A DNA stretch of 64,000 bases from Noviherbaspirillum sp. (GCA_035539595.1 DATLIB010000173.1:4988-68987), one strand, 5' to 3'; counted from the stretch's first letter, positions 1 through 10,220 are shown. The notes: a model not told the origin generated them from the letters alone. Program-made: numbers and translations.

Positions 1-615
1 CTGGTGCTGATGGAATACCTGCGCCGTTTCCGGCCGGACCTGATTCCGACGGAAGAAGAATTGCACAACGTGCGTTTCGAATTCGATCCGGCGCCGCCGC
101 TGGAAACGCTCATGCTGCATTTCTGCGGCGAAATCCGCTTGAATCATTGGTACCGCTGCGCCTCCGACTGGCATACCGAGCCGGTCATCAAGCATATATA
201 CAAAATCATCAGCCAGGACGAGGCGCGCCACGGCGGCGCCTACTTGCGCTACATGAAAAAGGCGCTGAACGAAGTCGGCGACAGCGCTCGCGCCGCTTTC
301 GCCAAGATCGGCGTATTGATGGCTTCCGCGCGCCGTACTGAAAAGCCATTGCATCCGACCAATCTGCACGTGAACCAAGCCCTGTTTCCGAATGACACGG
401 TGCAAAGCCGACTGCCCGACCCCAACTGGCTGGAGCGTTGGCTCGACGGCCAGATCAAGTTCGACGGCGAATGGGAAAAGAAAGTCATCGACCGCATCCT
501 GCACAACATGTCGCTGTTGTTCGAGCGCACCTTTGAATCAGTGCAAGACCTCAATCGCTACCGCAAAGAAGTCGTCGCGCGTTTAGGGCAGGGCGGATTG
601 AAGCCGGTTGCCTGA
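1..615 (+). CDS. Ferritin-like diiron domain protein (5' end outside window)
   Basis: Open frame from window edge; DEARHG (ExxH) diiron motif and GEIRLNHWY helix. Confidence 0.75.
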   Translation: MVLMEYLRRFRPDLIPTEEELHNVRFEFDPAPPLETLMLHFCGEIRLNHWYRCASDWHTEPVIKHIYKIISQDEARHGGAYLRYMKKALNEVGDSARAAFAKIGVLMASARRTEKPLHPTNLHVNQALFPNDTVQSRLPDPNWLERWLDGQIKFDGEWEKKVIDRILHNMSLLFERTFESVQDLNRYRKEVVARLGQGGLKPVA

Positions 616-782
616 CTAAGTCGCCGCGCAAGAATAAGTTGAACAATTTTTGCTGCTCGCCGCTGGCGCACTGCTGCGTTGTCTGCCGCTTGCAGTGCTC
701 GCACTGCGGCGCGTCAGACGCCTTGCATTGCATCCAGCAGCGAGCGCCAAAATGTCCAACTTATTCTTGCGCGACTCCTTAG
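616..782. mobile_element. ~167 bp palindromic MITE/REP-like element
   Basis: Left arm ctaag..cgcgcaagaataagttgaacaatttttgctgctcgccgctgg is a near reverse complement of right arm ccagcagcgagcgccaaaatgtccaacttattcttgcgcgactccttag; central hairpin gcagtgc-tc-gcactgc. Confidence 0.8.
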
Positions 783-835
783 GCCCCTACAACCTATCAG
801 CCGCAAGCAATCGCCTGCGGCTTTTTTATTTCAAC

Positions 836-1312
836 ATGCCTAACTTCGAGAAAAAAATCTGCGCTCGCGACGCGCTTCGGCAACGCGTGATGCAATTGCC
901 CAAGCCGGTCGTACTGACCAACGGCGTCTTCGACATCTTGCATCGGGGACATGTCACTTATCTTGCCCAAGCGCGCGAACTCGGTGCATCGCTGGTGGTC
1001 GCAGTCAATACCGATGCTTCGGTCAAACGACTGGGCAAGGGCGACGACCGTCCGGTCAATAGCTGTGAAGATCGCATGGCGATTCTCGCCGCGCTTGAGG
1101 CTGTCAGCATGGTTGTCGCATTTGACGAAGACACGGCCCTGGAAGTCGTACAGGAAGCACGGCCCGAGATTTACGTAAAAGGCGGCGACTACGATATGAG
1201 TGTCATCCCCGAAGGCCAGGCAGTCGCAGCATACGGTGGACGTGCGGTCGCGATTGAATTCGAACATGACCGTTCGACCACCAGGTTATTGTCGAAGGTG
1301 CGTAATACCTGA
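836..1312 (+). CDS. rfaE2: RfaE domain II-like heptose 1-phosphate adenylyltransferase (cytidylyltransferase family)
   Basis: TNGVFDILHRGH (HxGH), NTDASVKRLGKG, YVKGGDY, STT motifs; ATG 836 chosen because the upstream extension runs through the palindrome. Confidence 0.9.
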   Translation: MPNFEKKICARDALRQRVMQLPKPVVLTNGVFDILHRGHVTYLAQARELGASLVVAVNTDASVKRLGKGDDRPVNSCEDRMAILAALEAVSMVVAFDEDTALEVVQEARPEIYVKGGDYDMSVIPEGQAVAAYGGRAVAIEFEHDRSTTRLLSKVRNT

Positions 1313-1324
1313 GCGGAGAGCAGC

Positions 1325-2332
1325 ATGCAGCTTGCCCCCTTGGTCGAAGTCACACGCGGCGGCGAGGTGGAATCGATTCACTTTGGTTCGGTGGCCGTGG
1401 TCAACACGCAGGGCGACCTGCTTTACCATGCAGGCGATCCGCATTTCCTGACCTTCACTCGCTCCACCCTCAAACCCTTGCAAGCGCTGCCTTTCTTGCG
1501 CGACGACGGCCTGGCGCACTTCGGTTTCACGAGTCGTGAACTGGCGTTGATATGCGCCAGCCATTCCGGCGAGAGCATGCACACCGATACCGTGCAGGCA
1601 ATGCTGCACAAGACCGGTTGCAGCGAGCGCCACCTACATTGCGGCTGCCATGTGCCGCTACATTTCGCGGTCGAGAGCCGGCAACCTGCGGCCGGCGAGG
1701 TCTTCAATCAATTGCACCATAACTGCAGCGGCAAGCACGCCGGATTTCTTGCCTATTGTGTTCAGCATGGTGCGCCGCTCGATACCTATCTCGATCCTGC
1801 GCATCCCTTGCAGAAAGCCATTAGGCACAGCGTAGCGCAAGCGGTCGACTTGGATGAGTCGGAATTGAGGATGGGGATCGATGGCTGCTCAGCGCCCAAT
1901 TACGCCTTGCCCTTGTCGCGGTTGGCGCTTGCCTATGCGCGGCTGGCACAAGGTGGCAAAGACCCGGTGCATGGCGGCTTGAGCGCCGCATTGTTCGATG
2001 CCATGACCGGCCACCCGGAGCTGGTGTCCGGCACTGGTCGCAGCGATCTCGCCTTCATGCAGGCGGCGCCGGGCGACTGGGTCGCAAAAGGCGGTGCCGA
2101 GGCAGTGCAGGCGATCGGCATCCGCTCTGCCGGCCTCGGTATTGCGGTGAAGGTTTCTGACGGCAATCCGCGTGGTTTGTATCCGGCCGCGATATCCGTT
2201 TTGCAGCAGTTAGGCTTGCTCCCAGCCATTGACAAGACGCCGCTGGTCCCTTGGCTGCGCCCGCAGTTGCGCAATCTCATGGGCATCCCTACGGGTGAAA
2301 TACGCGCCACCGTTTTGCTGAAAAAAGATTGA
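1325..2332 (+). CDS. L-asparaginase II (Rhizobium AnsA-type) family protein
   Basis: RSTLKPLQ, ASHSGE, HNCSGKH, DGCSAP, KGGAEAV motifs. Confidence 0.88.
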   Translation: MQLAPLVEVTRGGEVESIHFGSVAVVNTQGDLLYHAGDPHFLTFTRSTLKPLQALPFLRDDGLAHFGFTSRELALICASHSGESMHTDTVQAMLHKTGCSERHLHCGCHVPLHFAVESRQPAAGEVFNQLHHNCSGKHAGFLAYCVQHGAPLDTYLDPAHPLQKAIRHSVAQAVDLDESELRMGIDGCSAPNYALPLSRLALAYARLAQGGKDPVHGGLSAALFDAMTGHPELVSGTGRSDLAFMQAAPGDWVAKGGAEAVQAIGIRSAGLGIAVKVSDGNPRGLYPAAISVLQQLGLLPAIDKTPLVPWLRPQLRNLMGIPTGEIRATVLLKKD

Positions 2333-2374
2333 TACGAAAGATTGACGCTGTGTAGCGTCGGCCGTCTTGCCGCT

Positions 2375-2854
2375 TCAATGCTTGTGATGAGCCGCCGATC
2401 CTGCGCCTTGCTTGCCGATGTCCCGCACGGTGACGGAAACCTCGGTCGTTCCTGATTTTTCAAAGATCAGCTTTAGTGGGAAGCGGTCGCCTGCCTTCAG
2501 CGGCTGGCGCAAGCCCATTAGCATTACGTGGTAACCATCACCCGGTTTCATTTCAACCTTCGTGGCGGGCGTCAGGTCGATGCCGGACACTTCGCGCATT
2601 CTCATCACGTTGTCGTCCATTGACATCATATGAAGCTCTCCCGACTTGGCGACGGGCGAACTGACGGCAATCAGCCTATCGGCTTCCTTGCCTACGTTTT
2701 CTATGGTCACGTAGGCGCCACCGGAGGGCTGGTGAGGTACGGTCGCCCGTGCGTAGGGGTTCTCGATACGCAAATCCTTCAGTCGGTATTCCTGCGCATG
2801 AGCAAGATTGCTGACCGCAATGACGGCCAGAACAAGTAGGGAGCGCAATTGCAT
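2375..2854 (-). CDS. Periplasmic copper chaperone PCu(A)C
   Basis: Signal peptide; ELHMM...MRMR and PGDGYHVMLMGL motifs; His-rich tail. Confidence 0.92.
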   Translation of the reverse strand: MQLRSLLVLAVIAVSNLAHAQEYRLKDLRIENPYARATVPHQPSGGAYVTIENVGKEADRLIAVSSPVAKSGELHMMSMDDNVMRMREVSGIDLTPATKVEMKPGDGYHVMLMGLRQPLKAGDRFPLKLIFEKSGTTEVSVTVRDIGKQGAGSAAHHKH

Positions 2855-2886
2855 GATGGTCTTTCTCTATGTAAATGAAAATTCGG

Positions 2887-3357
2887 TCAGCTTCCGCCAA
2901 GGAAGCCGTTCTGGCGCCATGCCTCATACACAACGATGGCGACGGTGTTCGATAAATTCAGGCTGCGATTGTCGGGCCGCATTGGCAGGCGTATCCGCTG
3001 CGATGCCGCAAACGATTCACGCAGCGCAGGAGCCAAACCCCGGGTTTCCGATCCGAATACGAATACGTCTCCTGGGCGAAATGTCATCGTGGCAAAGGGA
3101 GCGGAGCCATGCGTGGTGAGCGCGAACATGCGTTGTGGATCGGGACTTTCGCTGGCGATGAACGCACTCCAGTTGCGATGCACTTTCATGCTCGCGTAAT
3201 CATGATAGTCGAGTCCGGCTCGCCGCATCTTGGCATCATCCAGCGGAAAACCGAGCGGCTCCACTAAATGCAGTTGCGCGCCGGTATTCGCGCATAGTCG
3301 GATCACATTGCCCGTGTTCGGGGGGATTTCCGGTTCAACTAGTACCACATGAAACAA
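2887..3357 (-). CDS. trmL: tRNA (cytidine/uridine(34)-2'-O)-methyltransferase
   Basis: PEIPPNTGNVIRLCA, RRAGLDY, FGSETRGL, RSLNLSN SPOUT motifs. Confidence 0.95.
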   Translation of the reverse strand: MFHVVLVEPEIPPNTGNVIRLCANTGAQLHLVEPLGFPLDDAKMRRAGLDYHDYASMKVHRNWSAFIASESPDPQRMFALTTHGSAPFATMTFRPGDVFVFGSETRGLAPALRESFAASQRIRLPMRPDNRSLNLSNTVAIVVYEAWRQNGFLGGS

Positions 3358-3375
3358 CGGTAACTCCTCTTTGCT

Positions 3376-4119
3376 TTAGTGTTGCGGCGTGCGTGCAAAC
3401 ACGATATTGGTCACGCGAGCGGCGCCGAAGCGCTTGAGCGTGACGGCTATTTCGTGCAGTGTTTCGCCGGTTGTCATGACGTCGTCGACCACACCGATGT
3501 GCCGGCCATGCACAAAATCAATCGCCTCTGCGGGAACAAGAAACGCATTGCGCAGGTTCTTCCGGCGCTCGTCCGGAGGCAGTCGTGCCTGTGACTGCGT
3601 ATCGCGTTGTCGAACGATAAGTTTTCGATCCAGTGCGATACCGAGTGTGCGCGACAGCGGTTTGGCAATTTCCAGCGCTTGGTTAAAACCGCGTTCGACG
3701 AGGCGTTGCGGTCCAAGCGGAACCGCAGTCAGGTGAGTCGGCAGCAGTAGCCGGTTGCTCAGCATCGCGTCCCGCATCATGTCTGCAAGCAGCGGCGCCA
3801 GTTCGAGTCGGGCGCCAAATTTCAGTGCCAGTATCAGTCGATCCGCCGGCGCAACATAGTCTGCTGCAACAATTGTTGCATCGTAGGCTGGTGCATGTTG
3901 CAGACAGTTGCCGCATACCGGAGCCGTAATCCCGGCATCGTTCGGCAACGGGATTGCACATTGCGCGCAGCGCAGTGGCTGATGTGCGAAAAAATCACCC
4001 CTACAGCCTTCGCACAAGGCATGTGGGGCGTTGCCACTGCACAGCGCACAAGATGAGGGCAGCAGTGTCGGCAGGCGCGCTAAAACATGTCGCGACCAAT
4101 AGCGTAGGCGGGAAAACAT
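3376..4119 (-). CDS. comF: ComF family protein (double zinc ribbon + PRTase)
   Basis: Several CxxC pairs, RGFNQA, VVDDVMTTGET. Confidence 0.9.
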   Translation of the reverse strand: MFSRLRYWSRHVLARLPTLLPSSCALCSGNAPHALCEGCRGDFFAHQPLRCAQCAIPLPNDAGITAPVCGNCLQHAPAYDATIVAADYVAPADRLILALKFGARLELAPLLADMMRDAMLSNRLLLPTHLTAVPLGPQRLVERGFNQALEIAKPLSRTLGIALDRKLIVRQRDTQSQARLPPDERRKNLRNAFLVPAEAIDFVHGRHIGVVDDVMTTGETLHEIAVTLKRFGAARVTNIVFARTPQH

Positions 4120-4164
4120 GGGGCAGGCGGCTCTTCGAGCGTGTAAACTGCACGCATTATCTCA

Positions 4165-5130
4165 TTGCCCAAGCCGGATTTCCTCGTGCCCTTGTCTCCC
4201 GCCAGTCCTGACGTCAAATCCAGCGGTCCGATTGACCTGCACCGTGTACGTACCCTGTTTGCATCGCCAGCGCGTGTCACCGAGTCGGATTTCTTGCGTA
4301 GGGAAATCGCCGCGCGCATGCAGGAACGTCTGGCACTGGTAAAAATCGAGCCGCAACAAGTGCTTGATGCTGGTTGCGGGGCCGGCGCCGACCTCACAGT
4401 GTTGCAGGAGCAATATCCGAATGCGCGCATATTGGGCTTGGACGCATCGCATGCCCAGCTTAGCGCTGCCCGTGAGAAACAGTTGACTGCAATGTCATCA
4501 ATGAGCCGACTACTTGCCAAATGGTTGCCGACGAAAATAGGTGCCAGTTTGGAACCGGTGGTTGGCTTGTCGTGTGGCGATTTTGCCCAGTTGCCGCTCA
4601 AGAGCCATGCTGTCGATCTGGTCTGGTCGAATCTCGCTCTCCATTGGCACCCTCAGCCTGACCGTGTCTTTGCAGAGTGGCGCCGCGTGTTGCGGGTGGA
4701 TGGATTGCTCATGTTTTCCTGCTTCGGCCCGGATACATTCAAGGAAATACGTACGGCATTTTCCATGGTGGATGACGCTGCGCACGTACTGTCTTTTGTC
4801 GATATGCATGATTTTGGCGACATGCTGGTCAATGCGGGCTTTTCGACGCCGGTAATGGATATGGAAACCATTACTGTTACTTATGACTCCACAGAGAAAT
4901 TGCTGGCCGATGTCCGGGCATGGGGGGGCAATCCCTTAACAACCCGGCGCCATGGCCTCATGGGGCGCCACGCATGGATGCGTGTGGTCGAGGCGCTGGA
5001 ACAATCGCGTCGTGTCGACGGTAAAATCCCATTGACGTTTGAAGTGATATACGGACATGCGTTTCGTCCAGTGCCAAAGACGACCGCGAGCGGTGAAACC
5101 ATCGTCCGGCTGGATCTGCGCAAAAAATAA
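4165..5130 (+). CDS. bioC: BioC-like SAM-dependent methyltransferase
   Basis: VLDAGCGAG, SNLALHW, FVDMHDFGDML; divergent from comF; start uncertain (TTG). Confidence 0.75.
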   Translation: MPKPDFLVPLSPASPDVKSSGPIDLHRVRTLFASPARVTESDFLRREIAARMQERLALVKIEPQQVLDAGCGAGADLTVLQEQYPNARILGLDASHAQLSAAREKQLTAMSSMSRLLAKWLPTKIGASLEPVVGLSCGDFAQLPLKSHAVDLVWSNLALHWHPQPDRVFAEWRRVLRVDGLLMFSCFGPDTFKEIRTAFSMVDDAAHVLSFVDMHDFGDMLVNAGFSTPVMDMETITVTYDSTEKLLADVRAWGGNPLTTRRHGLMGRHAWMRVVEALEQSRRVDGKIPLTFEVIYGHAFRPVPKTTASGETIVRLDLRKK

Positions 5131-5332
5131 CGCTATGGTGTGGTCGCATAAGGGGCGCCTAAGGCAACGCGGCATGGTCAAAACATCAATCAATTTGTGC
5201 CAGTGATCCGCAAAGCCGCATGAGACAAAGCATTGAGCTGCCCTGTCTGCCATTTCCTCTTGATAACCCTTGGCGTTCCGACTTATACTTCCGTGGTTTT
5301 GCGTAGTGTGTGTACATTGCTGTGCTTGAAGG

Positions 5333-5596
5333 TTGAGGGCACGTAATGGCGCTTGCGTAAGGGCCGTTCAAGGGAAATGTTCGATTTGCATGCCACTTGA
5401 TGTCGGCCTATTTAGCCTTTTGCGCTCTCCCATGTCGCGACCATCGCGGCTGCTCGGAACGCTTACTGATCTACCTGGTCGGTCTGCAGCGAACGAAGTT
5501 GAAGCTGAGGCGGCAGGTTTGACAGAATGGAAAAGACGCGAGCTGGCGTCAAAGAGACAGCAGAATTCCAATTTTAGGCTTTTGAGGAAATTATGA
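5333..5596 (+). pseudogene. Probable decayed DUF2244 family gene
   Basis: Sits where DUF2244 usually lies (between bioC-like and coxB); residual KCSI and LTEWKRRELA segments resemble family N- and C-terminal motifs from memory; hydrophobic core absent. Confidence 0.45.
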
Positions 5597-6753
5597 AACT
5601 TGCGAAGCGCCTTCAATCCATGATGCTCGGAGCGTCGCTCTTGGTAATGGGCATGCCGTCGTGGGCGGTCAACGATAGCCAGGGCGGTCCAGCTGTGCGT
5701 CAACTGAACCTTCCCACGCCGGTAACGAAGATCGCCGAGGAAATTTATTCGTTGCACACATTGATGCTGATCATCTGTCTGGTGATCTTCATCGGCGTAT
5801 TCGGCGTAATGTTTTACTCGATTTTCAAGCACCGTAAATCCTTGGGTCACAAGCCTGCTACCTTCCATGAAAGTACCGCTGTCGAAATCGCTTGGACGGT
5901 GGTTCCGTTTTTGATCGTCATCGGCATGGCGTTGCCGGCGACCAAGACGGTGGTGGCAATGAAAGATACGTCCAATGCCGATCTCACTATCAAAGTGACT
6001 GGCATGCAATGGAAATGGGGCTATGATTACCTGAAGGGTGAAGGAGAAGGTATCTCCTTCCTGTCTGCTTTATCCACACCGCGTGACCAAGTCGTCGATC
6101 CTACCAAGGTAAAGAATGATAACTACCTGATCGAAGTGGATAATCCTGTCGTTGTGCCCGTAAATAAGAAAATCCGCTTGGTACTGACAGCAAATGATGT
6201 GATCCATGCTTGGATGATTCCTGCTTTCGGCGTAAAGCAGGACGCGATCCCTGGCTTTGTCCGCGATACTTGGTTCCGCGCTGAAAAGACAGGTGTTTAT
6301 CGGGGGCAGTGCGCCGAACTCTGCGGCAAGGAGCATGCATTCATGCCGATCGTGGTCAACGTCGTCACCGATGAAGAATACGCGAAATGGGTTGATGGCA
6401 AGAAAAAAGAAATGGCCGCATTGGCTGATGATCCTAACAAGACCTGGACTATTGATGAGCTGAAGCAGCGCGGCGAAAAAGTTTATGCTGCTAATTGCGT
6501 CGCCTGCCACCAGGCAAACGGTAAGGGTGTTCCCGGCGCATTCCCGGCATTGGACGGCGGACCGATTGTCACCGGCCCGAAGGCCGGACAAATCAATCTC
6601 GTGCTGAATGGCAAAGGCGGCATGCCGCCGTGGAAGGGGGTCTTGTCCGACACCGAGATTGCTGCGGTCATTACCTACACTCGTAATAACTGGTCCAACA
6701 AGACTCAGGAAAATATTGTTCAACCGGCTGAAGTGCTGGCTGCGCGCAAGTAA
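5593..6753 (+). CDS. coxB: Cytochrome c oxidase subunit II with C-terminal cytochrome c domain
   Basis: CuA motif CAELCGKEHAFM, DVIHAW, C-terminal CVACH. Confidence 0.97.
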   Translation: MKLAKRLQSMMLGASLLVMGMPSWAVNDSQGGPAVRQLNLPTPVTKIAEEIYSLHTLMLIICLVIFIGVFGVMFYSIFKHRKSLGHKPATFHESTAVEIAWTVVPFLIVIGMALPATKTVVAMKDTSNADLTIKVTGMQWKWGYDYLKGEGEGISFLSALSTPRDQVVDPTKVKNDNYLIEVDNPVVVPVNKKIRLVLTANDVIHAWMIPAFGVKQDAIPGFVRDTWFRAEKTGVYRGQCAELCGKEHAFMPIVVNVVTDEEYAKWVDGKKKEMAALADDPNKTWTIDELKQRGEKVYAANCVACHQANGKGVPGAFPALDGGPIVTGPKAGQINLVLNGKGGMPPWKGVLSDTEIAAVITYTRNNWSNKTQENIVQPAEVLAARK

Positions 6754-6772
6754 TTGAATTTAGGAGATTGAG

Positions 6773-8368
6773 ATGAGCACCACCGCAGTCGATCACGCAC
6801 ACGATCATTCTCACGACCACGCGCACGACCATCCGCATGGCTGGCAGCGCTGGCTGTTTGCGACCAATCACAAGGACATCGGTACGCTGTATCTGTGGTT
6901 TTCTTTTGTCATGCTACTGTCTGGTGGCGTGCTGGCATTGGGTATCCGTGCCGAGTTATTCCAGCCGGGTTTGCAATTGGTTCAACCGGAGTTTTTCAAC
7001 CAACTGACCACCATGCACGGTTTGGTCATGGTATTCGGTGCGATCATGCCGGCCTTTGTCGGTTTCGCCAACTGGATGGTGCCGTTGCAGATCGGCGCAT
7101 CGGATATGGCGTTTGCTCGCATGAATAACTTCTCGTTCTGGCTGCTGCCGCCTGCTGCCATATTGTTGGCCGGTTCGTTTTTCGTGCCGGGCGGTGCCAC
7201 TGCAGCCGGTTGGACGCTGTATGCACCGCTGTCGACCCAAATGGGGATCGGCATGGACATGGCGATCTTTGCAGTACACATCATGGGTGCGTCGTCGATC
7301 ATGGGCTCGATTAACATCATCGTCACCATTCTCAACATGCGCGCTCCTGGCATGACCCTGATGAAGATGCCGATGTTTTGCTGGACCTGGCTGATTACTG
7401 CCTACCTGCTGATTGCCGTTATGCCGGTACTGGCCGGTGCCATCACGATGACACTGACCGATCGCCATTTTGGTACTTCGTTCTTCAACGCGGCTGGTGG
7501 CGGCGATCCTGTGATGTACCAGCACATCTTCTGGTTTTTCGGCCATCCCGAGGTGTACATCATGATTCTGCCGGCCTTTGGCATTGTGTCGCAGATCATT
7601 CCTACCTTCGCCCGTAAGCAGTTGTTCGGTTACGCTTCGATGGTGTATGCAACAGCATCGATTGCGATTCTGTCGTTTATCGTATGGGCGCACCATATGT
7701 TTACTACAGGTATGCCAGTCACCGCGCAATTGTTCTTCATGTACGCGACGATGCTGATTGCAGTGCCGACCGGCGTGAAGATCTTTAACTGGATAGCCAC
7801 GATGTGGAAAGGTTCGATGACCTTCGAGACACCGATGTTATTTGCCATCGGCTTTATCTTCGTGTTCACAATGGGCGGCTTTACCGGTTTGATCCTGGCT
7901 GTCACCCCGATCGATATCCAGGTGCAGGATACTTATTACGTGGTGGCTCACTTTCATTACGTGCTCGTCGCCGGTTCGCTGTTCGCTTTGTTCGCCGGTT
8001 TCTATTATTGGGGCCCCAAATGGACCGGTTTTATGTATAACGAAACTCGTGGCAAGATTCATTTCTGGGGTTCGTTGATCACATTCAACATCACGTTCTT
8101 CCCGATGCACTTTCTGGGACTTGCTGGCATGCCGCGCCGTTATGCGGACTATCCGGCCCAGTTCACGGACTTCAATATGATTGCTTCGATCGGTGCGCTC
8201 GGTTTCGGCTTGATGCAGGTGTATTTCCTGTTTGCTGTCGTGTTGCCGTCCATCAAGGGTGGTGAAAAAGCAGCGGACAAGCCTTGGGATGGCGCAGACG
8301 GCTTGGAGTGGACTGTCCCGAGCCCGGCACCGTTCCATACCTTTGAAACTCCCCCGACGGTGAAGTAA
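6773..8368 (+). CDS. coxA: Cytochrome c oxidase subunit I (A1 type)
   Basis: [26 protein letters not shown] motifs. Confidence 0.98.
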   Translation: MSTTAVDHAHDHSHDHAHDHPHGWQRWLFATNHKDIGTLYLWFSFVMLLSGGVLALGIRAELFQPGLQLVQPEFFNQLTTMHGLVMVFGAIMPAFVGFANWMVPLQIGASDMAFARMNNFSFWLLPPAAILLAGSFFVPGGATAAGWTLYAPLSTQMGIGMDMAIFAVHIMGASSIMGSINIIVTILNMRAPGMTLMKMPMFCWTWLITAYLLIAVMPVLAGAITMTLTDRHFGTSFFNAAGGGDPVMYQHIFWFFGHPEVYIMILPAFGIVSQIIPTFARKQLFGYASMVYATASIAILSFIVWAHHMFTTGMPVTAQLFFMYATMLIAVPTGVKIFNWIATMWKGSMTFETPMLFAIGFIFVFTMGGFTGLILAVTPIDIQVQDTYYVVAHFHYVLVAGSLFALFAGFYYWGPKWTGFMYNETRGKIHFWGSLITFNITFFPMHFLGLAGMPRRYADYPAQFTDFNMIASIGALGFGLMQVYFLFAVVLPSIKGGEKAADKPWDGADGLEWTVPSPAPFHTFETPPTVK

Positions 8369-8406
8369 ATTAAATGGCGGGTGCAAGCCCGCCAATGACT
8401 GTATAT

Positions 8407-8514
8407 ATGCCTGCGCCGAAAAAGCCGAATAACCTGAAAACCGCGTTGATTCTTGCGTTGATAGCACTGATGTTTGCTGTAGGTTTGTTCATTAAACGCT
8501 TGTGGTTCATGTGA
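8407..8514 (+). CDS. Cytochrome oxidase small membrane/assembly protein (35 aa)
   Basis: Manual translation MPAPKKPNNLKTALILALIALMFAVGLFIKRLWFM; basic N-terminus plus one TM helix; stop 1 nt before ctaG ATG. Confidence 0.8.
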   Translation: MPAPKKPNNLKTALILALIALMFAVGLFIKRLWFM

Positions 8515-8515
8515 T

Positions 8516-9088
8516 ATGCAACGTCAGGAGCAAAGTGATAACGGCCAAAAGCGCCAGTTGAATATGCAAATGTTCGGCAAATTGGTCGTTGTTGCCGTGA
8601 TGATGTTCGGTTTCGGTTATGCCTTGGTGCCGGTTTATAAAAAGATCTGTGAAATTACCGGTGTGAATCTTCTGACGCCGAAAATGTTTGTGACAGAAGA
8701 GGATGTCAAGAACACACAGGTGGATGAGACTCGTACGATTACGGTTGAATTTGATGGCACGGCCCAAGGACCATGGCGCTTCCGCCCAACTGTTGCAAGC
8801 ATGCAGGTGCATCCGGGCGAGATGACGCAGGTAGTGTATGAGGTGGTAAATACACAAGGGCGTGCTATTGATGCACAGGCGATCCCAAGTTATGCACCGC
8901 AGCAGGCGGCAAAGCATTTCATGAAAATGGAGTGTTTTTGCTTCAAGCAGCAGACACTTGGACCCAACGAAGCAAAGCAGATGCCGGTGGTGTTTTATAT
9001 CGATCCAGCACTGCCTAAAGACATAAAGACGATTACGCTGTCGTACACTTTCTTTGAGGTCGGTGGTCAAGGTAAGAAAGCAAGCTGA
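8516..9088 (+). CDS. ctaG: Cytochrome c oxidase assembly protein CtaG/Cox11
   Basis: VPVYKKICEITG, KMECFCF copper motif, TITLSYTFF. Confidence 0.95.
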   Translation: MQRQEQSDNGQKRQLNMQMFGKLVVVAVMMFGFGYALVPVYKKICEITGVNLLTPKMFVTEEDVKNTQVDETRTITVEFDGTAQGPWRFRPTVASMQVHPGEMTQVVYEVVNTQGRAIDAQAIPSYAPQQAAKHFMKMECFCFKQQTLGPNEAKQMPVVFYIDPALPKDIKTITLSYTFFEVGGQGKKAS

Positions 9089-9101
9089 AACGGCTAACCG
9101 G

Positions 9102-9314
9102 ATGAACGATTCTAGAACGACGATACAGCGCAAGGCATCCTTCGGTGCAACGATGAAGGCGGTATGCTGGTCGTTTTTTGGCGTCAGGAAAAAAAGCGAT
9201 TATGAGAAGGATGCGCAGCAGCTCAATCCCGTGCATGTAGTTATCGCAGGGGTGATTGGCGCATTGGTATTCATCGCGACTTTGCTTTTGGTAGTCAAAA
9301 GTATCGTCGCTTAG
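9102..9314 (+). CDS. DUF2970 family small membrane protein
   Basis: KAVCWSFFGVRKKSDYEKD..LNPVHVVIAG; position between ctaG and coxC. Confidence 0.85.
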   Translation: MNDSRTTIQRKASFGATMKAVCWSFFGVRKKSDYEKDAQQLNPVHVVIAGVIGALVFIATLLLVVKSIVA

Positions 9315-9346
9315 TAACTATTTAAAATTTGTATTGGGAGATGGAG

Positions 9347-10204
9347 ATGGGTTCTCAACACGCTAATGCGCCGTACTATTTTGTACCAGGGCCCTCCAGA
9401 TGGCCTGTGCTGGCTGGAGCGTCCCTGCTGGTGACTATGCTGGGTGCTTCTGCATGGGTGAACGGCTACGGCTGGGGCATGGTACTCAACATGGTCGGTA
9501 TTCTTGCCTTTCTTGTTGTCTTGTACAAGTGGTTTGGTGATGCGATCGCCGAATCCGAAGGCGGCTTATATAACGCCCGAATCGATGTTTCCTACCGCTG
9601 GAGCATGAGTTGGTTCATTTTTTCTGAGGTGATGTTCTTTGCCGGTTTCTTCGGCGCGTTGTTTTACGCACGTGCCGTCACAATGCCTTGGCTGGCCGAT
9701 ATTGACCATAAGTTCATCTGGCCTGATTACACTGCGCAGTGGGGCAATACTCCCGGGGGGACGATTGAACCGTTTGAAAAGATGGGGCCGTTCTGGATCC
9801 CGACAATCAATACGGCACTGTTGTTGACATCTGGTGTAACGCTGACCATTTCGCACCATGCATTGCGTGCCGGTCAACGTGGAAAAACAGCATTCTGGTT
9901 GTTTGCAACCATTCTTCTCGGTGCGGTGTTCATGGGTTTTCAGGCGTATGAGTATGCCCATGCTTACAGCGAGTTGAATCTGAAACTGACTTCCGGCATT
10001 TTCGGTTCTACCTTCTATATGCTGACCGGTTTCCATGGCTTCCATGTGACGTTAGGCGCGATTATGTTGGGAGTGGTCTTGTATCGCGTAATGAAAGGGC
10101 ACTTTACCCCTGAGCATCACTTTGCTTTCGAAGGTGCTGCTTGGTATTGGCACTTTGTTGATGTGGTATGGCTTGGCCTGTACGTTGTTGTGTATTGGCT
10201 ATAA
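9347..10204 (+). CDS. coxC: Cytochrome c oxidase subunit III
   Basis: WFIFSEVMFF, TGFHGFHV, AWYWHFVDVVW. Confidence 0.97.
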   Translation: MGSQHANAPYYFVPGPSRWPVLAGASLLVTMLGASAWVNGYGWGMVLNMVGILAFLVVLYKWFGDAIAESEGGLYNARIDVSYRWSMSWFIFSEVMFFAGFFGALFYARAVTMPWLADIDHKFIWPDYTAQWGNTPGGTIEPFEKMGPFWIPTINTALLLTSGVTLTISHHALRAGQRGKTAFWLFATILLGAVFMGFQAYEYAHAYSELNLKLTSGIFGSTFYMLTGFHGFHVTLGAIMLGVVLYRVMKGHFTPEHHFAFEGAAWYWHFVDVVWLGLYVVVYWL

Positions 10205-10220
10205 ACGACGGATAGCAAAT

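Noticed and set aside
6788-6838. His/Asp repeat at the CoxA N-terminus
   Set aside because: Common low-complexity feature of betaproteobacterial CoxA; not a DNA repeat array
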